A DNA stretch of 64,000 bases, taken from sequence record PV662128.1; one strand, 5' to 3'. Positions 26,712 to 35,481 of this stretch are shown piece by piece. The notes below the pieces were generated by a model. It made no database searches. It was not told the DNA's origin and saw nothing but the letters and a program-made list of their open reading frames with translations. Both the position numbers and the translations under genes were made by a program. Within the stretch, counting starts at the first letter, position 1; every line of letters starts with the position of its first letter.

Positions 26712-27333
26712 CGCGTTTAGCTTTAGTTGTGCCGGCGCTATTGACGAAGGTCGAATGCGTCAGTATGCCGGCTATGTCCAAATGAATTTTGATAACGTGA
26801 AAGGCATGGGAGGTTGGCTGGCGAAAGAAGCAGAAAAAACGTTAGACCGATTTTCTAACTTCATGAATTCCAGGGCGTGGGAGTTATCCAAAATCCTAAC
26901 GGGGAATGGCGATGGTGAATACGTAGGTCGATTCGACATCGGTTATTTAGGTTCCCTCAACGCCCAACAGCAAGCCCAGGGATTCATGCGGGATTACATC
27001 ATGGCTAACCCATTGGTTATGCAGATGTATCTGGATGGAGGATTGGAAGGCTACGGTGGTGAGTTCTCCCCGTTCTGTAATACCGTTGGTAAGAACAACG
27101 TTTTCTATCGTAACGCCACCCATGGTATAGTACAAACTGAAACTAAAGACGACGTTCAGAAAACCTGGTTTAGTCACTTTGGTGATGTGCCGGGTACAGG
27201 AATGTCCTTTAGGGAACAAGCAGACATCATGAGAACTTGGAAAGCGACCAATCACCTGATAGGTTCTCAACTCTTTGATATGACCTCACCATCGAATAAA
27301 AAGATGAATGAGGATAACGAAGAGGAAACATAA
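26698..27333 (+). CDS. Conserved chimallivirus core protein downstream of beta-prime
   Basis: 211-aa ORF overlapping the end of exon 3; synteny. Confidence 0.7.
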   Translation: MNAADAFSFSCAGAIDEGRMRQYAGYVQMNFDNVKGMGGWLAKEAEKTLDRFSNFMNSRAWELSKILTGNGDGEYVGRFDIGYLGSLNAQQQAQGFMRDYIMANPLVMQMYLDGGLEGYGGEFSPFCNTVGKNNVFYRNATHGIVQTETKDDVQKTWFSHFGDVPGTGMSFREQADIMRTWKATNHLIGSQLFDMTSPSNKKMNEDNEEET

Positions 27334-27381
27334 ACATTTTTGGGGGAGGAAACTCCCCCATTTAACATCGAGAGTAAACTT

Positions 27382-27744
27382 ATGAATAGCGAACAAACCA
27401 AACCCATGCATAGTGTTTTTATGCAAATCATCAGTTCCGAAGAAATCGGTAATTTGAAGAATGCCGTTCGGAATACCGAATTCCTTTTAGCCGAATTAGG
27501 CGAATCGGAAGACGGCAAACCATTGGATCCGTCCCATCTGATCTTTATTGTAACCGACATGTCTTTTGACGAACACGGAAACCTGATGGGAAGAGTAACC
27601 CCCACCGGCCCATACAAGGACAAGGGGCGGGAATGGATTTCGACTAAAAAATATAAAACCCCTATTTTTAAGTTTATTCCGAGAGTGGCTACCAATAACC
27701 GCAACTGGACCTTCATCAATAAACTCGACGTGGTGGTCAAATAA
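27382..27744 (+). CDS. Hypothetical protein
   Basis: In frame with the track ORF 27340..27744; ATG 27382 preferred. Confidence 0.6.
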   Translation: MNSEQTKPMHSVFMQIISSEEIGNLKNAVRNTEFLLAELGESEDGKPLDPSHLIFIVTDMSFDEHGNLMGRVTPTGPYKDKGREWISTKKYKTPIFKFIPRVATNNRNWTFINKLDVVVK

Positions 27745-28106
27745 TGGAAACCACTCGGGATTATACGGCGAAGATCAAATGGCCTTTTGTTGTTGTGTTT
27801 AATCTCAATGATGATCCGGAGGAAGTTTCCTCCGTGATCATTAAAACCAAGATCCCTTCTGGCGGTTATAAGGAATTCCATATCTACTTAAAAGATTTAA
27901 TCGATCGAGCTCGTTTAAACGTTCGGGGGTCAATCTCAGATAAAGATTTCTTAACCGATATTAGCGAGTATTTTATTTTGTCTGTTGCTTCTAAATCGGC
28001 GGATAAGAAAACCTTGGCTGAGGCCTGTCGGTCGGTTTTAGAAGGTAGTGTGTTTAATCGTAAAATATTCGTTCCCTTTTACGGACTCAGGCCGAGAGAA
28101 GAATAA
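27744..28106 (+). CDS. Hypothetical protein
   Basis: TAATG overlap with the upstream ORF. Confidence 0.65.
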   Translation: METTRDYTAKIKWPFVVVFNLNDDPEEVSSVIIKTKIPSGGYKEFHIYLKDLIDRARLNVRGSISDKDFLTDISEYFILSVASKSADKKTLAEACRSVLEGSVFNRKIFVPFYGLRPREE

Positions 28107-28130
28107 TTGACATGCAGATAATTATACATC

Positions 28131-28147
28131 GATATCATCAGGGTGTA
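28131..28147 (+). promoter_or_regulatory. Promoter-like motif
   Basis: CATGCAGATAA-N9-GATATCAT-N6-GTA. Confidence 0.55.
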
Positions 28148-28183
28148 TAAACAAATGAATATTTTATTTATAAGGAATCTATT

Positions 28184-28309
28184 ATGTCGATCATCGCCTC
28201 TATCGCCATCGTTGTTATTATCACCGCAGTAGTTTACACTCTCACCAAAGATGCCGTGGAAGAAATCTTCCCGGCTCGTAAAGAAATGGCTGTTCGTAAC
28301 AAACGTTAA
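28184..28309 (+). CDS. Small single-pass membrane protein (41 aa), absent from the ORF track
   Basis: MSIIASIAIVVIITAVVYTLTKDAVEEIFPARKEMAVRNKR; TAAGGA RBS, own promoter motif and terminator. Confidence 0.7.
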   Translation: MSIIASIAIVVIITAVVYTLTKDAVEEIFPARKEMAVRNKR

Positions 28310-28319
28310 TTTATTGTTA

Positions 28320-28341
28320 CTCCCCTCCTTTCGGAGGGGAG
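28320..28341 (+). terminator. Terminator-like hairpin
   Basis: ctcccctcc-tttc-ggaggggag with a T tract downstream. Confidence 0.65.
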
Positions 28342-28375
28342 CCTAACCATGATTATTTTTTTTTTCATGAGGTTC

Positions 28376-28774
28376 ATGATGACCGGATTTTGCGTTGCAA
28401 CAATGTCGACGTTGGGCTTTATAGCCGATGACGTTAAACTCGCTATGGACAGACATCTCACTTATTGGTTTGCATCCAGACGCGATCAAAATAAGTTAAT
28501 AGGTGAGGTCGATTCCTTTGAATATCTTCTGATGACCTACCAAGGTAATCGGAGCGCTTTGGTCAGTAATGTCGAAAGCTCACTCAGGACTTACTTCCAG
28601 CAGATTTTCAGTACCGTAGAAGTTCAAGTGTCAGATTCCGATATGCCGGGTGAAACAGAAAACTTTACACTGGTCATGGCGCTTAGGGTTACACACGAAG
28701 GCGTCCCTTATGACCTTCAAAATGCCGTTATCGTATCCGGCGCTTCTTATACTCTTCTTCCGAGAGGTAACTAA
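28376..28774 (+). CDS. Conserved chimallivirus protein
   Basis: GAGG RBS before ATG 28376; MSTLG..DRHLTYWFAS resembles a conserved core gene (recalled). Confidence 0.65.
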   Translation: MMTGFCVATMSTLGFIADDVKLAMDRHLTYWFASRRDQNKLIGEVDSFEYLLMTYQGNRSALVSNVESSLRTYFQQIFSTVEVQVSDSDMPGETENFTLVMALRVTHEGVPYDLQNAVIVSGASYTLLPRGN

Positions 28775-28776
28775 CA

Positions 28777-29538
28777 ATGTCCGACAAAATGCCATCCGAA
28801 CACTACGCGCTTAAATTCTTAGAGGGCGGCGTCCCTAAAGTTATCAATGGTAAACGCTACCTGGAAATGAACGGCGAACTGGTGAACGTCGCCACTTCTA
28901 TTTCAGAGGCGACCTTCGTCAGAGATTGGCTTCTCGGATTCTCGTTAGGTTATGTCGGCGAGAAGTCTTATTTTGATTTTGCACGGTGGATGGAAATTAG
29001 TAACGAAGGACGTTCGGCTGTTATCGTCCATGATAACGAAGACGAAAATAAACCTATCTTTGTTGTTCCTCCTCTGACCGATACGAAAATGACGGCTCAG
29101 GAAATGGAAGTTCTTCAGGTAGCCGCTGGCGTGATGAGCAATGCTTATGGCGCGCAATTCGGCGGATCGACCAGCAGAAGTACCGAAATACTTTTACAGG
29201 GTCTGTCCATTATCCAAAAAGGTCTGCAGTCTGGCGAATACACCATAACTGATCTCGTCCCACCCTTCATCTATGAAAAATACTCGATCAATCCTCGAGT
29301 ATTTAAAAAGATGATGCATTGTAAAAATACCTTTGGGTTGGATACCAATGATGAGAGCTGGAAAGTTCTAGAAGCTTGTTTCAGAGTCATTGACGAAGGC
29401 AAAGTGTTAAAACAACAGCAGTATGACTTCTTAATGGCGATCACGCAAAATACAGCAATCGTCCCTGATCAATGTAAACCTGACAGTAAAAATAAACAGG
29501 AAGATCAATTTACAGAGATCAACCCATTTGAGTGTTAA
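28777..29538 (+). CDS. Hypothetical protein
   Basis: GAGG RBS, packed operon. Confidence 0.7.
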   Translation: MSDKMPSEHYALKFLEGGVPKVINGKRYLEMNGELVNVATSISEATFVRDWLLGFSLGYVGEKSYFDFARWMEISNEGRSAVIVHDNEDENKPIFVVPPLTDTKMTAQEMEVLQVAAGVMSNAYGAQFGGSTSRSTEILLQGLSIIQKGLQSGEYTITDLVPPFIYEKYSINPRVFKKMMHCKNTFGLDTNDESWKVLEACFRVIDEGKVLKQQQYDFLMAITQNTAIVPDQCKPDSKNKQEDQFTEINPFEC

Positions 29539-30671
29539 GCATGATTAATTCCCCCAAGAAAATTAGGATGTTGTGGTCAAGTGATCATCACACACTTCAT
29601 GAAGGCACCCCCACAGTTCACATCTTAAGTAACCTGGGGGAATTCTTTTATAAGTACAACTCCCTGGCAGAAACAGACATCGTTGTTTTTGGCGGTGATT
29701 TTTTTCATAAGCTAGTCGATGCTTCTAACAGCTCGATGCGTTTATGTGAATATTGGATTAATAAATTTTTAATCCGGTGTGCTGAAAATAACGTTGTGGT
29801 GAGGGTACTGGAAGGGACGAGTTCCCACGATTGGGAACAGCCGGAAATATTCCAAATATTGAGCCCGGATAACCTTGATTTAAAATGGGTTAAAGAGCTG
29901 AGTATTGAGCGCATTGAAAAACTGGATATGACCGTGCTTTACGTTCCGGATAACATGGGGGGTAAGAAGCCCGAGGTTATTTGGGATGAGGTCATCGATC
30001 TTCTAACTAAGCATAACCTGGAGAAGGTAGATTTTATCTTTTTCCATGGATCGTTTAAATACCAGTTAGACGAACGTTTCAGTAAACACAGTCACGATGA
30101 AAAATTGTGGTCAACGATTGTTAACTATTATATCTTCGCTGGTCACATCCACAAACCTTCAGAATGTGGGCCGATCAGATGTTCAGGATCCTTCGATAGA
30201 ACGGGTCATTCGGAGGAACATCCTAAGGGCGGATATATCGTTGATTACTTCCCAGAAGATAAGAAGTGCACCGCCACTTTTTATGAGAATAAAAAGGCGC
30301 TACCTTATATTACCCTGAGAATTACACCGGAAACAACAACAGAAGAACTAAATGATAAGCTTGGGTTCCTAATGGATAAGCGATACCCCAAAGCCAGTCA
30401 TTTTTGGATTAGAGGAGGGAATCCTCTCGTCGTCAATCCGATCATTCAGTTCTTCAAACAACAATATCCTCAGTATGACTTTAAGAAAGAAAACGTCGTT
30501 ACTCATGAAGCAGTAATTGACGATGAACTTTATACTGAAGATCTTTATTCCGGTATAACGTTAACGAAAGATAACATCATCCCTTCTCTAATGGGCTATT
30601 TGAATAAGAAGATTTTGTTAGTGGATGAAGAGTTAGATTCCCTAACAAAAACAATGGAGGAGTTTATCTAA
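29532..30671 (+). CDS. SbcD/Mre11-like metallophosphoesterase nuclease (phiKZ gp65-like)
   Basis: Motifs SDHH, GGDFF, GTSSHD, FHG, AGHIH. Confidence 0.88.
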   Translation: MLSMINSPKKIRMLWSSDHHTLHEGTPTVHILSNLGEFFYKYNSLAETDIVVFGGDFFHKLVDASNSSMRLCEYWINKFLIRCAENNVVVRVLEGTSSHDWEQPEIFQILSPDNLDLKWVKELSIERIEKLDMTVLYVPDNMGGKKPEVIWDEVIDLLTKHNLEKVDFIFFHGSFKYQLDERFSKHSHDEKLWSTIVNYYIFAGHIHKPSECGPIRCSGSFDRTGHSEEHPKGGYIVDYFPEDKKCTATFYENKKALPYITLRITPETTTEELNDKLGFLMDKRYPKASHFWIRGGNPLVVNPIIQFFKQQYPQYDFKKENVVTHEAVIDDELYTEDLYSGITLTKDNIIPSLMGYLNKKILLVDEELDSLTKTMEEFI

Positions 30672-31471
30672 TGAGGGCGTTAGGGGCGTTAAATATCTCG
30701 GTAGGGACGTCTTTAGCATTCGAAGGGGCGGCTAAAATACAGTTGCTCCAATCGGACTCCTTACTCATCAATCTACGGACGATAGCGCGTAATGCCAGGG
30801 AGGCTTACGATAAAGATGATTCCGACGGAAAGGATGTCGATCTTCTTACAGCAGCGGCAAGCGATGATTTGATAGGGCTCATTAAAACCATTCAGGGATG
30901 GATGGAACAAAAAACGATCAATCTTATCGTTTATCTTCCTTCTTACAAATCGCTACCTAAGATTTTTAAAAGGGCGAATCTCTGGGAACCGACAACGGAT
31001 ATCCAGAAAGAAAAAGATAGACTTGATACCGCCATACTGAACAATTTAAAAAAACGGTTCGGGGCTAACGTTAAGGAGACGGACATCAATCTCCCTGAAT
31101 TTATAGGGAATGGTTTGATTTTAACGCATCACCCCATCGATCTTGTTATGACAGGAAGCGGGACAAGGTTGCGTTTAATCGAATCCTATACTGGGACTTT
31201 GAAAGGACATTCTCAGTGGTACACGAAATTTTCCGGTGGGGAAAAACTGTTTAATATTCCCCTAAACAAATTAACCATTCAGATATTCGGGGATGGTCCG
31301 GTTAATTTTAAATCGGAAAAAAGTCATAAACTTAAAGACCTAATAAAAGATATCGCTATTAAAGGTAAATGGACTTCAGTGACCACCCTGGATGGTGTGA
31401 GATCAAGTATTAACGCTCACGCCAAAGGATTTGATCGAGATGGATTATTAATACTTTTAAACGGCGGGTAG
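30671..31471 (+). CDS. Conserved protein, possibly PIN/5'-3' exonuclease-like
   Basis: Synteny after SbcD; LINLRT and THHPIDL segments; fold is inference. Confidence 0.55.
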   Translation: MRALGALNISVGTSLAFEGAAKIQLLQSDSLLINLRTIARNAREAYDKDDSDGKDVDLLTAAASDDLIGLIKTIQGWMEQKTINLIVYLPSYKSLPKIFKRANLWEPTTDIQKEKDRLDTAILNNLKKRFGANVKETDINLPEFIGNGLILTHHPIDLVMTGSGTRLRLIESYTGTLKGHSQWYTKFSGGEKLFNIPLNKLTIQIFGDGPVNFKSEKSHKLKDLIKDIAIKGKWTSVTTLDGVRSSINAHAKGFDRDGLLILLNGG

Positions 31472-31511
31472 CTTTATATTAGCACAAACCCAATTTCAAA
31501 GGATTTACGTC

Positions 31512-32255
31512 ATGAGTGATTTCAACAACGGTAATGCTAACGCTCGTCCCAAAACTCCACTGAACGATTATCGTTACCCACATCCTAAAACCAAAGAGCC
31601 TCTTCCGGGCGGCAAATACCCGGCGCAGATGTACTGGGAACTGACTGCAGCCGGCAAGATCGTTTTCAAAGTGCAGGATGGTGTATTCGGCGGCGGCGAT
31701 AACGCGTACAAGAAAAAAGAAATTGAAATGATCGCGTTCGAACGCAATGCCATTTTCCAGCTTCTCAGAGAAGCGGCGACTGATCCTAATTTCACCAAAT
31801 CCCAATACACGGTTCGTGATCGTCAATTCATTCGTGAAGGCGGTCAAGCTAAGATGTCTGACAACCCGATGACCATCGGTGTGTTCACAGTCATCCGCGA
31901 TTCGAACGGCGTTGTTCAGCTCGGATTCAGCAAGTCTGATTTCAAAGCCCTGTTCGTTTTCGACAATGCCCGCGAATCCACTCTGGTCGATTTTGTCGAT
32001 GGCGAATTCAAACCGGCTCACGGTCGCATGAGTCGTCTGTATGTTCTCGGGTATCTTTCGGCCGTGGAAGGTTGGCTGAACGCCGCTGAGTTCGCTCGCT
32101 ATCAGCCACCTAAACCTAAAAATGGTGGTAATGGTAACGGCGGTGGTGGCTGGAACAACAATAACGGCGGCAACCGCGGTAATGGCGGCGGTAACAGCTG
32201 GGGCGGTGGTGGTAATGCGCCAGCGGATGACTTCGCGGAAGACATTCCGTTCTAA
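31512..32255 (+). CDS. chmC: ChmC-like nucleus-associated nucleic-acid-binding protein (phiKZ gp67 position)
   Basis: Directly upstream of the gp68-like subunit; strong codon bias; G/N-rich disordered tail ending DDFAEDIPF. Confidence 0.6.
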   Translation: MSDFNNGNANARPKTPLNDYRYPHPKTKEPLPGGKYPAQMYWELTAAGKIVFKVQDGVFGGGDNAYKKKEIEMIAFERNAIFQLLREAATDPNFTKSQYTVRDRQFIREGGQAKMSDNPMTIGVFTVIRDSNGVVQLGFSKSDFKALFVFDNARESTLVDFVDGEFKPAHGRMSRLYVLGYLSAVEGWLNAAEFARYQPPKPKNGGNGNGGGGWNNNNGGNRGNGGGNSWGGGGNAPADDFAEDIPF

Positions 32256-32270
32256 ACACAAAGATACTCT

Positions 32271-32294
32271 CTCCTACTCCCTAGGGAGTAGGAG
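32271..32294. terminator. Perfect 24-bp palindrome / terminator
   Basis: ctcctactccct|agggagtaggag. Confidence 0.75.
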
Positions 32295-32322
32295 ATTACT
32301 TTTCGTTATAATTTTTTAGCAC

Positions 32323-32339
32323 TATATTATTTTACAGTA
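32323..32339 (+). promoter_or_regulatory. Promoter-like motif
   Basis: TATATTAT-N6-GTA upstream of the gp68-like gene. Confidence 0.55.
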
Positions 32340-32373
32340 AACCCCGGCTAAAAAAATTATTGGGAGTAACAAC

Positions 32374-33960
32374 GTGGATTTTAAATTCAGTTTAAAACAG
32401 AGCGGGAAAAGTCCATTTGCTGGAGTTATTGCGCAATATGGCGAAAGCGTTATCGAGTTCAAAGGCAGTGGCAGGTTAAATTGTGGTACGATTTACGATG
32501 ATCTTTTCTTTTCTTTTAACGAATACGTCGGGCATTTAGAAGAAAAGAATAAAGCCCGTTTATGGGAACTAATGGTTGCGGGTAAGACCATTTTGGATCC
32601 TTCTTATTTCGACATTGATAACGTCGACGAAGAACTGATGTTGAACAACCGGGATTATAATTTCCTCGTTAAGAAACTCAAGCCCATCGTCGCTGAAATC
32701 TTCGATGTGTTGAAAATGAAGAACTATGAGTACTTCATGGAACAGTCCGGGTATATCGATCCACCTAAAGATCTTACCTCGATGTCTGGTCTTGGGGAGT
32801 ATCCGGCCGAGACAACTATCACCGCCGAGGATTATCGTAATCTGGCGGCGTTGGTTTTAGGTTTACGCGGTCCACTCCCCATCATCACCGAGATGATTTA
32901 TAAAGTCGAGAGTATCGCCGGTAAAGCATATAAGGAAGTCGTAGCTGGGGATCTGATAAACGATATCGAGTGGGTCAAGCAGCACGTCGGCTGGAATCGT
33001 TTAAACGAGTACATCTCTTTTACTTATAGCGCGAAGGGAAGGGGTCCTAATGGACTGAGAATCGATATTGTCAGTGACGATCGATTCACTACTCATGTCG
33101 TCTATAAGGCGTTGTTCGGGCGTTTATGTTTAAGTCACGTGCCCAGCAAAGATCCACGAAAGAATTTGGTTAAATCGCTTTATTCCATCGTCAACCAATC
33201 CGACAAAGTTCCTAGTAGTGTAAGGGAAAAGAAAGGAGGGGGTAAAGACGAGAGTAACGATAGAAGGAGTTCTTACGAGATCTATCAGTTGCGAGAAGAA
33301 GTGAACGCAACCGATGAAGCGGCTGTGGCCGAGTTCTTTACGTTCGGTATGTTTGATGAAGATGACAATCCGATTTATAAAGATCGATTCGTACATCAGT
33401 GTAACGGTTTGAACATAGCCGATCCTAACAAAGCAGAAATTCTACATGATCTTCTGCCGGATAACTGGGATTATGAACCGAGACAGCATATTGTTAAATT
33501 GTGTCAGATGGCTTTCTCTGACGACATTCCTTTTAACATTTATTATGCGTTGGATTATCATCAATTGATGTCGGCCATTGTTTTGGCTCAGTTAAAGTTG
33601 CATCAAATGGGATATCCTCACCTCGCGGTATTGTTAACGTCAGTTGAGGATCCTGAAGGTGAGCGAATCAACGCAGACGTAATCTTCTCTTTAAACCAAA
33701 CAGAACGTCAACGTATCGAATCGTTATGTGATGTAGTTAAAGGAGACGGTGCCACATCAACTAATAACGAAGCGGTATCAGCGGCACTTGAGTTCTTTAA
33801 GGAACTCGGTAACAGTGCATGGCAGTCAACCATAGAGCTTGGTCTTATCGATGACGATAAAGCTTTAGAAAGTGCACCACGTGGTTTTTTATACGAAGTC
33901 AATTTGGATATTCAGATTAAAGAAGAGTTCATTCGTCTTTATGAAGAAATCAACAGCTAA
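32374..33960 (+). CDS. nvRNAP promoter-specificity (sigma-like) subunit, phiKZ gp68-like
   Basis: 528 aa, GTG start with GGAG RBS; size and synteny. Confidence 0.65.
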   Translation: MDFKFSLKQSGKSPFAGVIAQYGESVIEFKGSGRLNCGTIYDDLFFSFNEYVGHLEEKNKARLWELMVAGKTILDPSYFDIDNVDEELMLNNRDYNFLVKKLKPIVAEIFDVLKMKNYEYFMEQSGYIDPPKDLTSMSGLGEYPAETTITAEDYRNLAALVLGLRGPLPIITEMIYKVESIAGKAYKEVVAGDLINDIEWVKQHVGWNRLNEYISFTYSAKGRGPNGLRIDIVSDDRFTTHVVYKALFGRLCLSHVPSKDPRKNLVKSLYSIVNQSDKVPSSVREKKGGGKDESNDRRSSYEIYQLREEVNATDEAAVAEFFTFGMFDEDDNPIYKDRFVHQCNGLNIADPNKAEILHDLLPDNWDYEPRQHIVKLCQMAFSDDIPFNIYYALDYHQLMSAIVLAQLKLHQMGYPHLAVLLTSVEDPEGERINADVIFSLNQTERQRIESLCDVVKGDGATSTNNEAVSAALEFFKELGNSAWQSTIELGLIDDDKALESAPRGFLYEVNLDIQIKEEFIRLYEEINS

Positions 33961-33993
33961 CATCCCCCATTAATCTTTTTAGGAATAATCATC

Positions 33994-35466
33994 ATGTCTA
34001 CTGAAGGCAAAATCTATCTCGTCCGTGCGCGTTTTGGTTTGGCGAACATCTATCAAAATCAGGTAAACAGAACACAGAGCATGAGCATCAACTCCCAAGA
34101 TGTCGATCTGCTCAACGTCTCAAAAATTAATGGTCGGGTCAGCCAGAACACATTGCACGAAATCGGCGTGCGGACAGGTGGAGTATCTACTCAAGCCGAC
34201 GGTTACGCGTTTATCGAAGATGGCTGGGATGCGCCCCGTCGTGGTCTGGCGATGCTTGAATTCGAAATTGAATCAGCAATGAACGTCGAAGAAAAACTTC
34301 ATATCCTTGGGTATCTGGCCGGGGGTAGTCCGTCTGTTGATGAAGGTGTTCCGGAAGACGTTATGTTTGTGCCGGTGCGTAATTGGGTGGTTAACAAAAC
34401 CATGCAAATGATGCATACCGGCCTGATGAAGTCCACAAGTAATTTGACAAGTGCGTCTCAGGTCCTTTTAAACAACCCGATAGCTTCAGGTGGCTCGTTC
34501 GCTATTCGTCCTCTGGATATTGTTGACGGCGCCTCAGGCATGGTCGCTGATGACGTTCAGGATCAATCGATGAACGGCGGGATGGAATCCCAATATGTCG
34601 GAACCAGTAACTCCATTCTTCAGCATACCGGTGCCGCTTACTCTAAAGCCAAAAACCAATCTCCGGGGGAATACGCGAAACAATTACTCAAGTCGAGTTT
34701 ACGAGCCGGGTCCTCTATGGAGACTTCTCGTGATCCGTATGGCTCTATGGGCGATGCGTGTATGGACCCCGGTCTGACCGAGACAGCCCTGCACCGAGAC
34801 CCGTTCTTTAAAACCATGCGTCATGCATTAGGTATGGGTCAGATGCAAGGGTTCCAGGGTTTCTCCGTGGGTCAGATCGCATACGTCTTTGAGAATCTTC
34901 CTGACGTTATGGATATCAATGCGTGTGATGGTGATCGCTTCCAGATAGAGGACCATCGCCTGGCGACGAATGAATTGGGTTCGTCTAACTATAACGAAAT
35001 CATCGGTAATGAGTTGAGTAGCCTGGCGCAGTACATTCTCGTTGAATCAGAGTTGGGTTTTCTGGATATCGCAGCGACAAACAACGTCCAGAATTCCATC
35101 GACAATATCAACGGTATGCCGGTAGGTTTCGTTGTAGGGGAATGTGGTCTGCTGGTTGATGGACTGGAAGGTTCTTTGGAGGAACGTGTCGAGAAAGCAA
35201 AAGAACTCTTCTTGAGTCATTTCTTCTTGAAGTACGCCACTCCGTATCTGCATGACCGCACTTTGATCAGCTTCCGTATGACGATGCGTCTCTTCGGCGA
35301 AACCGTTATCGAGATCTTCACTAATGGCGACGAAAGCAACAAACGCCGTATCGCTTTCCCGACCTTCTCGACTAACCGGACCGACCTGACTCTGGCTTCT
35401 ATGGAATCTGCGGTTAGCACCGGCACGACTTTCTTCCGTAACCTGAAAGACTATTTTAACTTTTAA
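33994..35466 (+). CDS. picA: PicA/Imp1-like nuclear import factor (phiKZ gp69 position)
   Basis: 490 aa directly after the gp68-like gene; synteny-based. Confidence 0.55.
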   Translation: MSTEGKIYLVRARFGLANIYQNQVNRTQSMSINSQDVDLLNVSKINGRVSQNTLHEIGVRTGGVSTQADGYAFIEDGWDAPRRGLAMLEFEIESAMNVEEKLHILGYLAGGSPSVDEGVPEDVMFVPVRNWVVNKTMQMMHTGLMKSTSNLTSASQVLLNNPIASGGSFAIRPLDIVDGASGMVADDVQDQSMNGGMESQYVGTSNSILQHTGAAYSKAKNQSPGEYAKQLLKSSLRAGSSMETSRDPYGSMGDACMDPGLTETALHRDPFFKTMRHALGMGQMQGFQGFSVGQIAYVFENLPDVMDINACDGDRFQIEDHRLATNELGSSNYNEIIGNELSSLAQYILVESELGFLDIAATNNVQNSIDNINGMPVGFVVGECGLLVDGLEGSLEERVEKAKELFLSHFFLKYATPYLHDRTLISFRMTMRLFGETVIEIFTNGDESNKRRIAFPTFSTNRTDLTLASMESAVSTGTTFFRNLKDYFNF

Positions 35467-35481
35467 TAGGAACGTTTAATA

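Noticed and set aside
31479-32261. 260-aa minus-strand ORF over the ChmC-like gene, and other long antisense ORFs (2091, 27267, 35842, 50103, 62641)
   Set aside because: Antisense shadows of well-supported genes with biased codon usage.
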